Below, piece by piece: positions 48,128 through 58,419 of a stretch of 64,000 nt of DNA. The notes under the pieces are model-generated. The model was given only the letters and a program-made list of their open reading frames with translations, made no database searches and was not told the origin of the DNA. Numbering within the stretch: position 1 is the stretch's first letter; each line of letters starts with the position of its first letter. Source of the DNA: an uncultured Ignavibacteria bacterium (lineage in GTDB: Bacteria > Bacteroidota > Ignavibacteria > Kapaibacteriales > UBA2268). The stretch is from NCBI GenBank assembly GCA_903862655.1, contig CAIOZA010000015.1, positions 24,324 to 88,323 of the forward strand, written 5' to 3'. A program made the translations under genes and the position numbers.

Positions 48128-51091
48128 CTACTTCCTCACAAACACAGGATAAATCTCTCTGTGTGTGTTTGATATCTCCAGACTTATGAAGTACATACCG
48201 TTTGCGGCAAGTGTGCCGTCAGTCAGTGTTCCATCCCATTTGTCGCAGTAAACAGTGTTAGCGTTACGAGATTCTCCGTCTATGAGAAAGCGGACAAGTC
48301 TGTTGCTCTCATCGAGTATCTTTATATTTACTTTCGTCTGATCGGGAATTGAATAGATTATCTCCAGCACATCACGCGTCGGATTGAGCGGATTGGGTGC
48401 TACGATGCTGATATATTGTGCTTTATACCCTGCTACAACGGTATCCATCCTCATACACGATCCGACTGCACAGAATCGGAACAAAACCGAATCCGGCTGA
48501 TTTGTCGGAACTCTCCAGATGAATTCCTGATCTATAGCACGGGCGTAACCTACTGAAGTATAAGTCAAACCACCGTCAAAAGAAGCCAACGCCTCTATTG
48601 TATCGCAGGGGAAGAGGAAATTACCATATCTCCATTTGAACACCTTTGTCGGGCATGCTGTTGTGTTCGTATCCCAAGTTACAGGGAACGTTGCAGGTAG
48701 TATCATTACAGTATGTGATGAAGATGTGTCACTTTTTAAAGCAGTAGAAACAATATATCTTATGTCTATTGTAACATTTGTGTCTGCCATTGAACAGAAG
48801 TATCCATCGATGCAGGGTGCAATTGCCTGAAGCCAGAAGCTGTCCTGAGTAATCTTTTGTTTAGTAAGAAAATCTATCCACGATGTATTGACTCTAAACT
48901 GGAAATGAACACTGTCATAACATGAGCTTTTACATTTGAGGAAGAAACTTTCTCCGGCGCGATAGCTCTGATTCCAGAAAGTATCGACAGCAAAAGATTT
49001 GCCATTGAATGTGAAGTCAGATGATGTATCTGACGCAATTTTGGAGCCTATCCCCCAGATAACGAAAACCCCGGTCTTTCCTATGAAATTACTATCAACA
49101 ATAATGCTGACCTGATCTGTATCTTTAAGTGCAGGGATTATAGTTCTGAGAACCATCGAAGAATCATTTACAAGATTTCCAGCGATTTTTGGGACAAATT
49201 TTACTTCTATTCCTTTGGGGAATTTTTGCTTTGCATACCATTTAATGTCTATTTTCTCACCTTCGCAAAAAGTTGCTGGGGGTGATTTGGGTGTAAGTAT
49301 TTTCAATAACCCCGGTTGCTGCGATCCTATAAGGTAAGTTCCCTTGTTGGTTGTGGCAACCAGATCGTTCTTTCCATCTCCGTCAACATCAGCAACTTCT
49401 GCTGAAAATATGGTTTCATTTGGGAAAGTTACTGCAAAAACTGTATCGAATACCTTACCCGAACGGAAAGTATTATCGCTGTAGTTCTTCATTCGTAAAA
49501 CAGTTAAGTTTGCACCGTCAACCAGAACTACTTCATCTTTGCCGTCTATTGCCCCATCGAGATCATTCACTGCTGCTATCCAACCGTTTATCTGCTGAGT
49601 AGCTATTGTATCGAACTGCATGAGAAATGAATTTGGTGGCGATACCTTTGGTATTTTGGAAAGCGAAGGACGGTAGCGGAGTATCATAAGTCTGCTCTCG
49701 GCTACAGCCAGATTTTTTGTTGTTTGAGTTACGATGATTTCCTGTCCCTTATTGTTGGGATAATAAGGAAGCCATTCATTAGATGTTGATCCATCAAGAT
49801 CACCAACAGCAATCGACCAGCCATGATTCTTCTTGCCGGTAAATGGTTTTAAATCATCACTTCCTAAAGAAGTTATAGGAGCATCACTAGGATCGAATAG
49901 ATGAATTTTGGCTATACCATCGGAACCATCGAAACCTGTATATTCTTCGGAAACTATCTTGCATAAAATGGAATTTCCGGGCAGATCCATATATTCAGCG
50001 AAATACTGCTTGATTACAGGCTTTGTTGATGTTGTATCAATAAGAGAACTGAAGTCAAAATTACCTAATACTGCTATGTTAGGTTGTGTAATGTTATAAC
50101 TGAGCAGATAAGGATTATTTGTCTTGGTCTTCTGTCCTAATTTGTTTGTTATTTCAAAATTAAAAGCATTGCTTGTATCTATATCGCAAAAAGCAGGCAG
50201 AAGCATTGTCATATTGTTGGTTCCAAACTCTCTGTAAAGAGATGGTGGAGATAAACTCACAATCGGACCAAGAAGCACGCGGTTGTTTGTGTCGTCGCCA
50301 ATGTCATTAACCGGAAAAGCCGGCAGTGAATCTGCTGTGTTAAAAAGAGCTATACCGCGGAAAAATTGATTTTTATTGGCTAAAGAAGTATCAATAACTG
50401 GTTTGGTCATGTTAACAAGTGCATAAATCAGCTGGTCTGCTCCGGAGCTTTTACCGAAAATCGGAGTTATTGAAGCAAAAGTATTTTTGGGATAGTTGCG
50501 AATGTCAAGAGCAAGGCGACGCAGAATCTTCACTGTATCGGGAGCCAGATCGTAGCGTCCGATGAAAGCAAAAGTCAGAGAGTCAAACAGACTCTGATGT
50601 TCGATAGATTCGAGACCTATGTCGAGTATATCGTCAGAAACTGTACCCGGAAGAACATCATTTGGACTATAGAGCATTGAAACATTCTTGATAAGCGGCA
50701 TCGGATAATTATTAGTTTTGTGTGTCTTGCCTGTAGCATCGACAATAAGAATCTTACCTCCAACTGCCGCAATAATCTCATTAGGTGAAAAAGTGAAGGC
50801 AGGATCCACCTTTGGATTATTAATGATATTACCAATTAAAGGCTGCACATCACCATAAACAGAACTGTTGAACCATTTAACCTCAAACTTGCTGAGAGTC
50901 TGACTGCCGGATTTCGTCTTTTGAATACGGGTAGCTTCAGAATTACCGTTTGGAAGCATCCAGTTTGAAGGACTCGCTAAGAAAGTCTGGGACTTGATCA
51001 ACAAAGACGACAAAAGGAAACAACTCAGAACAAGTACTGCTTTGTTCAATAATTCAAATGGTTTAACGGCAATAATCATAATATCCAACAC
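48128..51091 (-). CDS. Large secreted FG-GAP-repeat protein with C-terminal FlgD-Ig/T9SS-type domain
   Basis: Signal peptide; VGDLDG, NDLDGAIDGKDEVV and ADVDGDGKNDLV; C-terminal APNPLNP...WDG.....ANGMYF. Confidence 0.82.
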   Translation of the reverse strand: MLDIMIIAVKPFELLNKAVLVLSCFLLSSLLIKSQTFLASPSNWMLPNGNSEATRIQKTKSGSQTLSKFEVKWFNSSVYGDVQPLIGNIINNPKVDPAFTFSPNEIIAAVGGKILIVDATGKTHKTNNYPMPLIKNVSMLYSPNDVLPGTVSDDILDIGLESIEHQSLFDSLTFAFIGRYDLAPDTVKILRRLALDIRNYPKNTFASITPIFGKSSGADQLIYALVNMTKPVIDTSLANKNQFFRGIALFNTADSLPAFPVNDIGDDTNNRVLLGPIVSLSPPSLYREFGTNNMTMLLPAFCDIDTSNAFNFEITNKLGQKTKTNNPYLLSYNITQPNIAVLGNFDFSSLIDTTSTKPVIKQYFAEYMDLPGNSILCKIVSEEYTGFDGSDGIAKIHLFDPSDAPITSLGSDDLKPFTGKKNHGWSIAVGDLDGSTSNEWLPYYPNNKGQEIIVTQTTKNLAVAESRLMILRYRPSLSKIPKVSPPNSFLMQFDTIATQQINGWIAAVNDLDGAIDGKDEVVLVDGANLTVLRMKNYSDNTFRSGKVFDTVFAVTFPNETIFSAEVADVDGDGKNDLVATTNKGTYLIGSQQPGLLKILTPKSPPATFCEGEKIDIKWYAKQKFPKGIEVKFVPKIAGNLVNDSSMVLRTIIPALKDTDQVSIIVDSNFIGKTGVFVIWGIGSKIASDTSSDFTFNGKSFAVDTFWNQSYRAGESFFLKCKSSCYDSVHFQFRVNTSWIDFLTKQKITQDSFWLQAIAPCIDGYFCSMADTNVTIDIRYIVSTALKSDTSSSHTVMILPATFPVTWDTNTTACPTKVFKWRYGNFLFPCDTIEALASFDGGLTYTSVGYARAIDQEFIWRVPTNQPDSVLFRFCAVGSCMRMDTVVAGYKAQYISIVAPNPLNPTRDVLEIIYSIPDQTKVNIKILDESNRLVRFLIDGESRNANTVYCDKWDGTLTDGTLAANGMYFISLEISNTHREIYPVFVRK

Positions 51092-51243
51092 ACATTATTA
51101 TATAGAATACAGACTTATACTAAGCAATGATTATACCAAAAATGCTGAAAGAAACATCTGGTTAATATTCTTCCAATATTTTTAACAAATTGACGTGTAT
51201 AAACCGACTCTAATTTTTCATCAGCAATTGCTTTCTCGTTTCT

Positions 51244-52146
51244 ATGAAAAAATACTTCCTAATATCATTATCTGCAGCATTTCTTGTAGTTCTACTTGTT
51301 GCCTGCAATAATTCCAATCAACAAAAGGATAAAGCATATTTTGTTACTTCGAATCTACCTCTAGCTTATATTATAAGAGAAATAACAGGAGATTCGGCTT
51401 CAGTTGTTTCTATTATGTCACCAGGTGAATCAGAGCATACTTTTTCTCCATCACCAAATGATATAAAAACATTATCCAATGCTAAAGGTGTTTTCTATGT
51501 CTCGGAGCATCTCGATGGCTGGACAGTAAATTTGGATAGAAAAGATAAATATTCATTGCTCGATATTCTCCCAAAAGAAATTCTGCTCAATTATAGCCAT
51601 TTCCATTCGGAAGAATCAAATCATTCAAATAAAGAAGAATCTGTGGATCCTCATTTTTGGCTTGATCCAATCGCCGTTAAAGCTATAGTTCCTCAATTAG
51701 CAACCATTTTATCCAGACTTAACAAGGTAGATTCAGCAAAATATCTGCAAAATGCTGAATTACTCATACAAAAACTTAATTCTTTGAATTCAGAAATCCA
51801 ATCAATGATTCAGCCATATAAAGGCAGGAGTGTTATGCTGTTCCATCCATCATTCCTGTACTTTCTGAAACAATATGAATTGAACTATGCCGGTGCTATC
51901 GAAGAATCACCAGGCAAGGAACCAACTGCACGATTCCTGAAAGAACTCATTGAGCGGATTGGGCAGTTAGGAATACTGACTTTATACATAGAACCTCAAC
52001 TACCTGATAAATCAATCAAACCTGTGCTTGAATCAGCCGGATTGAAATTTCTCACACTTGATCCTCTGGGAGGTTATCCCGGCAGAGACAATTATTTCGA
52101 TTTGATTCGTTTCAATGCACGTAACATTACAAAGGGATTTAACTGA
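51244..52146 (+). CDS. znuA: Zn/Mn ABC transporter substrate-binding lipoprotein
   Basis: Lipobox LVAC, PGESEHTF, His-rich loop, DPHFWLDP and HPSFLYF. Confidence 0.85.
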   Translation: MKKYFLISLSAAFLVVLLVACNNSNQQKDKAYFVTSNLPLAYIIREITGDSASVVSIMSPGESEHTFSPSPNDIKTLSNAKGVFYVSEHLDGWTVNLDRKDKYSLLDILPKEILLNYSHFHSEESNHSNKEESVDPHFWLDPIAVKAIVPQLATILSRLNKVDSAKYLQNAELLIQKLNSLNSEIQSMIQPYKGRSVMLFHPSFLYFLKQYELNYAGAIEESPGKEPTARFLKELIERIGQLGILTLYIEPQLPDKSIKPVLESAGLKFLTLDPLGGYPGRDNYFDLIRFNARNITKGFN

Positions 52147-52147
52147 T

Positions 52148-52900
52148 TTGTCCAATTCTGTAGAAATATCGTCTCTAACTGTTCAGTTCGGTTCTCACAC
52201 GGCACTGATGGACATAAACCTGACCATCAAATCGGGTGAGTTTATTTCTGTGATCGGTCCTAACGGTGGCGGCAAATCAACGCTTGTCCGTTTGATACTT
52301 GGGCTTATACAGCCAAATATAGGAACAATCTACGTTTTTGGAAGCAAACCATCTGATCTTCCCTCTGATGCTTTCGGGTATGTGCCTCAAATCAAGACAG
52401 CAGACAGAAGTTTCCCGGCATTGCCGATAGAACTCGTCGCATCTGGACTATCTGCCACCTGGCCAAGGAAAGTTAAAGGTGAATTGAAAGAAAAAGCACT
52501 CGATGCATTGAAAACTGTTGGTGCAGAGCATCTTGCCGATCGTCCTTTAAGCAGGCTTTCCGGTGGAGAATTACAGAGGATTTATCTTGCACGGAGTATT
52601 GTCCGTAACCCCAAAATTCTGATATTGGATGAACCTGCAACGGGTTTCGATTCTACCGCAGAAATGGATCTCAATAAGACAATCGAAAATATTCACAAAG
52701 TATCCGACACAACTATTATTATGGTTACCCATGATTGGGAATCCGCTTTTCACCATTCGGACAGGGTAGCTGTACTCAACAAGAATTTGATCTGCTGCGA
52801 CACGCCTGACTCTGCATTTAGCGAGGATGCACTCAGAGTGGCTTTCGGTCATATCGGACATACTCATGAGATGCTTTTCGGGGCTAAGCACCACCACTGA
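52148..52900 (+). CDS. znuC: Zn/Mn ABC transporter ATP-binding protein
   Basis: GPNGGGKST, LSGGELQR, LILDEP, MVTHD and a His-rich tail. The start is probably TTG 52148 (track gives 52115). Confidence 0.87.
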   Translation: MSNSVEISSLTVQFGSHTALMDINLTIKSGEFISVIGPNGGGKSTLVRLILGLIQPNIGTIYVFGSKPSDLPSDAFGYVPQIKTADRSFPALPIELVASGLSATWPRKVKGELKEKALDALKTVGAEHLADRPLSRLSGGELQRIYLARSIVRNPKILILDEPATGFDSTAEMDLNKTIENIHKVSDTTIIMVTHDWESAFHHSDRVAVLNKNLICCDTPDSAFSEDALRVAFGHIGHTHEMLFGAKHHH

Positions 52901-53712
52901 TGCAGGAAATAATCAACATATTGCAAATGCCATTTATACAGCGGGCTCTCATAGCAGGGATCGTTGTCGGTTTTCTCGGCAGTTTCTATGCAGCATTCGT
53001 CGTTCAGCGACGCATGAGCTTTCTAGGTGATGGTCTGGCACATTCGGCTTTCGGCGGAATTGCTCTTGGACTTCTGATTGGTACAGAGCCAATGTGGATT
53101 GCGTTACCGGCAACTGTGATTGTGGCCCTTGCAATAACCTGGCTGAAAGAGAAAACCGAGCTGGGAAGCGACACTGCGATAGGTATTTTCTTTGCTGTGT
53201 CAATGGCTTTGGGTATCATTTTTCTGTCATTGAAGAAGAATTACTCAGTCGATGCATTCACATACCTGTTCGGTTCTATTCTGATGGTGCAAGCGGCTGA
53301 TCTCTATGCTTCAATCATTCTTGCTGTTGTAACGATATTAATTTCAGCAAGGTACTGGCACAGATGGGCTTATGCAACATTTGACACAGAACTGGCTAAG
53401 TCCGACAGGCACAATGTCCGATTCGATGACTACCTTCTCTCGGTGATGATAGCTTTAACTATTGTGTTTTCCATAAAGCTGGTGGGTATAGTTTTGATTG
53501 CTGCCTATCTGGTTATACCAGCTGCCGCATCAAGACTGATCAGCCGGACATTTTATTCGATGACGGTACTATCAATCATTTTTGGTATAACTGCTTCAGT
53601 CGCCGGATTATTTCTATCCGTAATTTTCGATCTGCCTAGTGGAGCTGTCATCATTCTGACTCAGGCATTCATATTCTTTCTTGCACTAATTTACAGCAGG
53701 CTAAGGAAATAA
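52900..53712 (+). CDS. znuB: Zn/Mn ABC transporter permease
   Basis: RRMSFLGDGLAHSAFGG, YLFGSIL and DLPSGAVII; TGATG stop-start overlap with znuC. Confidence 0.88.
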   Translation: MQEIINILQMPFIQRALIAGIVVGFLGSFYAAFVVQRRMSFLGDGLAHSAFGGIALGLLIGTEPMWIALPATVIVALAITWLKEKTELGSDTAIGIFFAVSMALGIIFLSLKKNYSVDAFTYLFGSILMVQAADLYASIILAVVTILISARYWHRWAYATFDTELAKSDRHNVRFDDYLLSVMIALTIVFSIKLVGIVLIAAYLVIPAAASRLISRTFYSMTVLSIIFGITASVAGLFLSVIFDLPSGAVIILTQAFIFFLALIYSRLRK

Positions 53713-53867
53713 TTTTAAATATAGGGTTAGACATAAAAATCAATTTGCCATCATCCAGATCTGGGTGATGAGTCACGATACTTTTGTATGATTCAGATGT
53801 CATCCGCTAGCCTAGAAGGGTGAATTTGCGTTAAGGTTATGAAGAGAGAAAGTGAATCGGTTATGAA

Positions 53868-54671
53868 ATGAAAATTAAAACAAAGATAATAATTGCATTA
53901 ATGTTGCTTTTCCCTGTTCTTTCAGGGAATTCACTCAAAGCTCAATCGCCTTACGAGGCAGACTGGCTTAAGGAATTGGTGATCACTAGCGTGGGGTTAG
54001 GCTCTGCTGTGCTGACATCTTCTTTAGATTCTCAATTGAAGCCGCTGACTGTCGAGGAGATCAATTCTCTGGACAGGAACTCTATAAACAGTTTCGATCG
54101 CTGGGCTACGAGCAATTATTCGATGAATATCTCCCATACCAGCGATATTCTTGCTGTAACGCTGGGACTTAGTCCTCTCGCTTTGCTTGCAGGTAAAGAA
54201 ATTCAAAACGACTTCTTTATTGTTGGCGGAATGTACTTCGAAACGCTTCTCTTTTCGGTATTTACCCCAACCTATCCAAAGGATCTGGTCAAAAGGATTC
54301 GTCCATTTGTTTATAATCCATCAGCTCCATTGGATAAAAAATTCGATGTTGACAGCCGCAGATCGTTCTTCTCAGGTCACACATGCGTTACATTCTCATC
54401 GGCTGTGTTTCTTGCAACTGTTTATGGAGACTATTATCCCGATTCTCAATACAAGAACTACGTTTGGGGTGGCGCACTGATTGTTGCAAGTGCAGTTGAC
54501 TTCCTCAGAATTGAAGCAGGTGCACACTTCCCGACAGATGTGATAGCAGGAGCTATCGTTGGTTCAGCAATAGGATGGGCAATACCGGCACTCCACAGAA
54601 CAGGATCAGGTAAATCCTCAACATCGCTGAATGTATATCCCGGTGGCATGAGCTTCGTCTATAAATTCTGA
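53868..54671 (+). CDS. PAP2 family phosphatase
   Basis: KDLVKRIRP, SFFSGH and RIEAGAHFPTDV. Confidence 0.9.
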   Translation: MKIKTKIIIALMLLFPVLSGNSLKAQSPYEADWLKELVITSVGLGSAVLTSSLDSQLKPLTVEEINSLDRNSINSFDRWATSNYSMNISHTSDILAVTLGLSPLALLAGKEIQNDFFIVGGMYFETLLFSVFTPTYPKDLVKRIRPFVYNPSAPLDKKFDVDSRRSFFSGHTCVTFSSAVFLATVYGDYYPDSQYKNYVWGGALIVASAVDFLRIEAGAHFPTDVIAGAIVGSAIGWAIPALHRTGSGKSSTSLNVYPGGMSFVYKF

Positions 54672-54677
54672 AACTGA

Positions 54678-55055
54678 TTACCAGATAGCCTGTTCGATAT
54701 GATTCAGTTTCGGAGGTACTGATCTATCGCGCACGTCAATCGTAATCACATCGAATCTGATTTCCTTATTCGTAATTTTATTGATATAGAGATAACCTTG
54801 TGCCGTTTTCCTCATACTTTGCACTTTACGGGGAGTAATTGCAAAAAGAGGATCACCGAATTTATCGGAAGTTCTGTACTTCACCTCGACGAATATCAGC
54901 TTAGAGTTTTTTTCGGCAATAATATCGACCTCTCCAACTCTGCCGAAAGTGAAATTACGCTTAACGATTGAGTAACCATTTTCTTCGAGATACTTACCGG
55001 CGAGATCCTCACCGATATATCCCTTTTCTCTGGTTGTTTGTTGATTCGTTTCCAT
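54678..55055 (-). CDS. yraN: YraN family endonuclease-like protein
   Basis: GEDLA..YL..NGY.I..RN, GEVDIIA, FVEVKYR and RFDV; ATG 55055 preferred. Confidence 0.9.
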   Translation of the reverse strand: METNQQTTREKGYIGEDLAGKYLEENGYSIVKRNFTFGRVGEVDIIAEKNSKLIFVEVKYRTSDKFGDPLFAITPRKVQSMRKTAQGYLYINKITNKEIRFDVITIDVRDRSVPPKLNHIEQAIW

Positions 55056-55258
55056 AACATTTACCGGAATATATGGAAGAAATATCGATCCTTTACGAAA
55101 AAACAAAAATATATAAAATCAAATAATTATTCAAATTAATTCAAAACGAAAAGTACGTTATAAATAGCGAGAATAAAAGATGGTCTATTCCATTTGCTGG
55201 AATGAAATTCTCTTAAACAGCTTGATCAATAGTTTATTAATCATAAACTTTTTTTTTG

Positions 55259-56935
55259 TTACTTTGATAATAACTTAATAATTGATTTTTTCTCTGAAAT
55301 ACTTGGTAATTCCTTAGTCAATGACATATTATAATATTTCTTTGCTGATTCCAAGTTTCCCACCTCTTTGTAGTAATCGCCTGCAATTTTGTAAGTCAGA
55401 TAAAATTCAGGATTTTTAGCGATGAAATTTTTTATTGTCTCATCGGAAATAGATTTGGAGTCCGATTTAATACAATTTTCAATCAATGTTTTCTGTGTTT
55501 TATAGAGATTATAATCCTGAAATTTCTTTGAATATAATAGGGTATCTGCAGGAATCAACATTGCTCGTTCATCTATTTCATCGTTGATTGATAAACCGGG
55601 ATACTCATTGAAAACCTTGTCCAAATCATAGCAAACGAATGCCCCTAGCTGATAGGAGACTGTTGATACCCACACTAATCTTTGTTCAGGCTTGAAAATA
55701 ACTGCATGATGAGCAATCAGTTGATTAACTGCTTTCTCATTGCCTAAGCCAATATCCGAGTTATTCATACCATACGGATTTCTCAGAACAGAAGCCATCG
55801 CCAGATAATCTGCTGATTTAACAGTGTTAAGCAACTCCTTTGTTCTGGCATATCTGTATGTCGAGGTTTCTTCGAGAATATTCTCAACATTCAGCCTCTC
55901 TGCGATTAGTTCATCACTCTGGAAGTGGTTAGTGCATATAATCTCATCAGTTGTTCCGGAATAGATTGCTGTAATCTTATCGGTTTTTTCAATCACAACT
56001 GCCTTCTTATTCGCCGCAGAGCCGATAAGGAATGATTCCGACACAAACATTTTTGCATTTTTTACAATCTCGAAAGCTTCTTTGATATTCTTCGCATACT
56101 GTAGAATAGTTCTTGCAACAAGTGATACTGGTGTTTTGCCTGACATTGTCAGATCAGATTTATCGGAATTAATCGTAACAGTCAGTCCCATGTCATTCAT
56201 TCCGGAAACGGCACCCATCATTCCTCCCCAGGTTACCATCATGAATTTATGTCCTTTAGATGGGTTGATGAAGCATACAATTTTGTCTTTCGCAAAATCA
56301 TCGCCAAAGTAGAAATCGAAATTCCTTCCTAGCAAAAGAGAGCTGTCTGAAGTTCTGCTACCCCATAATCCGAAGGATGTACAGCCAACCAAGTGCATGT
56401 TCTGCAGAGAATGACCAATATCGTGCGCACCGTGATAGTTCAGGATTCGTTCATAGGGAGTGCCGATAAAATTATACTTAGGATTACCCGATAAGGAAAC
56501 GCCATAAATCTCTTCAAGATATTCCTTAGGAATATAACTCTCAAGATTTCGGTTGAAGAAAATGACAAAATATTTGAGAATTGAAAGATAAGTTTCAGAA
56601 GGAATCCATTTTTTGATTTCTGTAATAAAAACCTCCTCCTGATTCTGCACCAGTTCTTTCGATAGCTTGCCTATTGCAAGTCCTCGTTCGAACGGATCTC
56701 CTTCAGCATACATTTCCCAGAGACCGAATTCGTTTTTCCGAATCCAGTTATTACTAATTTTATAGAAATTATCTCCAAGTTTCATTCTTTGATTGCTGAT
56801 ATTTGTAGTATCAACAGTGGGTGCGTTAATGCTCAGTACATTTACAAAAATGAATAGTCCAACAACTACAATCGCAATAAAAGACACGAAAGAGATTAGC
56901 AGCCATTTAAATATCTTTTTCAATGATTTAGGCAT
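55259..56935 (-). CDS. Peptidase C45 / Ntn-hydrolase acyltransferase of a flexirubin-like cluster
   Basis: HDIGH...GCTSF (Ntn Cys), GRNFDF, SGMN, TNHFQ and INQLIAHH-like motif. Confidence 0.85.
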   Translation of the reverse strand: MPKSLKKIFKWLLISFVSFIAIVVVGLFIFVNVLSINAPTVDTTNISNQRMKLGDNFYKISNNWIRKNEFGLWEMYAEGDPFERGLAIGKLSKELVQNQEEVFITEIKKWIPSETYLSILKYFVIFFNRNLESYIPKEYLEEIYGVSLSGNPKYNFIGTPYERILNYHGAHDIGHSLQNMHLVGCTSFGLWGSRTSDSSLLLGRNFDFYFGDDFAKDKIVCFINPSKGHKFMMVTWGGMMGAVSGMNDMGLTVTINSDKSDLTMSGKTPVSLVARTILQYAKNIKEAFEIVKNAKMFVSESFLIGSAANKKAVVIEKTDKITAIYSGTTDEIICTNHFQSDELIAERLNVENILEETSTYRYARTKELLNTVKSADYLAMASVLRNPYGMNNSDIGLGNEKAVNQLIAHHAVIFKPEQRLVWVSTVSYQLGAFVCYDLDKVFNEYPGLSINDEIDERAMLIPADTLLYSKKFQDYNLYKTQKTLIENCIKSDSKSISDETIKNFIAKNPEFYLTYKIAGDYYKEVGNLESAKKYYNMSLTKELPSISEKKSIIKLLSK

Positions 56936-58418
56936 CTTTTACCTTATTGACAATATAGTTCATACCAAGCAGACAAGAACTGGTAACAATTGAACCAATT
57001 GTAACACCCAAAACCCCATGAAACTTAATGTTCTGCCCGGTAAGGAATAGATTAGGTATCTTTGTTCTCGATGAAACCATAGTTTCGAGAGGCTTTGTAG
57101 CGTCATGCAGAATACCGTACATTGAGCCCTCGACTGTTCCGGTATAATCTCTATATGTCAGCGGAGTGGATGAACTTACAGATTGAATGCAGTCTTTTAA
57201 CTCAGGATACTTCTGATAAATTAGATTCAACAATCTTTCAGTCTGATCTTGCTTGAATTGAAGATAATCATCACCTCTGTCACCGACGTAAGTATGCTCC
57301 CATTTCTTAACTTCATCAAATCTCATGTAAGTCATTACAATCATACTCCGGGCAAATTTCGTTGTATGCTTTGATGGAGGCGTCATCATTAGGTATAACT
57401 GAGGCCAATCTTTTGTGTCATATTTCCCACCAGACCAAACATCATCCATCCCGTAGTAATAATAGTTATGATTCAGCAAAGGGAAAGTATCCTCTTTCAG
57501 AGATATGTAGATGGTAAAATTAGATACAGTATTTTCTAAGGATTCTATTCTTTTGCGGTATGCTTTCTTTAGTTTATGCGATTCAATTAGCTCCAGTGTC
57601 CGTGCCGGATGAACATTCGAGATAAAATTCTTTGCATAAATCTTCTCTCCATTTATTAGCTCAACAGCTTTTAGCTCATCATTTTCAAAAACAAAACTGT
57701 TGACTTCAGAATTATTTCTAACAGTTCCACCAAAACCCTTGATCGATTTAGTGAGCTGGCGAGCTATTTCTCCGCTTCCATTCTCAATTCTCCATGCACT
57801 TTCGATAAATGAATAATTAATCAAAGCATGGAGACTAAAGGGAGATTTACCCTTTACTCCCGCATAGAGAGGATTGGTGCCTGCGAGAACATTCTGCAGA
57901 TCTTTGTTTGATGTAATCGATTCGATATAGTTGCTGGCAATTATATTATTGATTTCAAGATCGAATGAATTCTCATCGATTTCAGTAAGGGTCATCAAAT
58001 TCAATGCAATTGAAACTTCCTGAATTTTATTTACATATTTACTTATTGCTTCCTTTTCTGATGGAAAGTAGCTAAGCATTGTATCAGTAAACCGTTCAAA
58101 GCCCTGGGCATAGCAATAATCTTTGCCACCGAAATGTATCTTATCAAAACAATCCTCATCCAACTTTTTCAATTTGAGTTTATCCATCAACTCAAAGTAG
58201 CGGAAATATTGATTCAGGATCTGACCTTCACCCAGACTACCGATATAATGAACCCCGGTTTCAAACACATGACCATCACGTCCAAAGTTCTGAAGACAGC
58301 CTCCGAGTTGAGAATTCTTCTCCAGAACACAAACATTATAGCCTTCTTTGCTGAGAGTATAGCCACAAAGCAAACCTCCTAGACCGCTACCGACAATAAC
58401 TATGTCAAAATTATTCAA
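56928..58418 (-). CDS. Phytoene-desaturase-like FAD oxidoreductase
   Basis: GSGLGG dinucleotide fold, FETGVHYIG, STPLTYRDY...GSMYG and NLFLTGQ...HGVLGV. Confidence 0.88.
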   Translation of the reverse strand: MNNFDIVIVGSGLGGLLCGYTLSKEGYNVCVLEKNSQLGGCLQNFGRDGHVFETGVHYIGSLGEGQILNQYFRYFELMDKLKLKKLDEDCFDKIHFGGKDYCYAQGFERFTDTMLSYFPSEKEAISKYVNKIQEVSIALNLMTLTEIDENSFDLEINNIIASNYIESITSNKDLQNVLAGTNPLYAGVKGKSPFSLHALINYSFIESAWRIENGSGEIARQLTKSIKGFGGTVRNNSEVNSFVFENDELKAVELINGEKIYAKNFISNVHPARTLELIESHKLKKAYRKRIESLENTVSNFTIYISLKEDTFPLLNHNYYYYGMDDVWSGGKYDTKDWPQLYLMMTPPSKHTTKFARSMIVMTYMRFDEVKKWEHTYVGDRGDDYLQFKQDQTERLLNLIYQKYPELKDCIQSVSSSTPLTYRDYTGTVEGSMYGILHDATKPLETMVSSRTKIPNLFLTGQNIKFHGVLGVTIGSIVTSSCLLGMNYIVNKVKDA

Positions 58419-58419
58419 A

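Noticed and set aside
51180-51243. Zur/Fur box upstream of znuA
   Set aside because: Only a short GCAATTGC palindrome is visible, which is insufficient support.
53748-53825. Degenerate CATCATCCAGATCTGGGTGATG palindrome after znuB as an ncRNA
   Set aside because: It looks like another decayed REP-type hairpin or a terminator, with no second copy in the window to support a call.
56928-58418. Carotenoid biosynthesis (crtI)
   Set aside because: There are no crtB/crtE/crtY neighbours, and the context is a flexirubin/aryl-polyene-like cluster.
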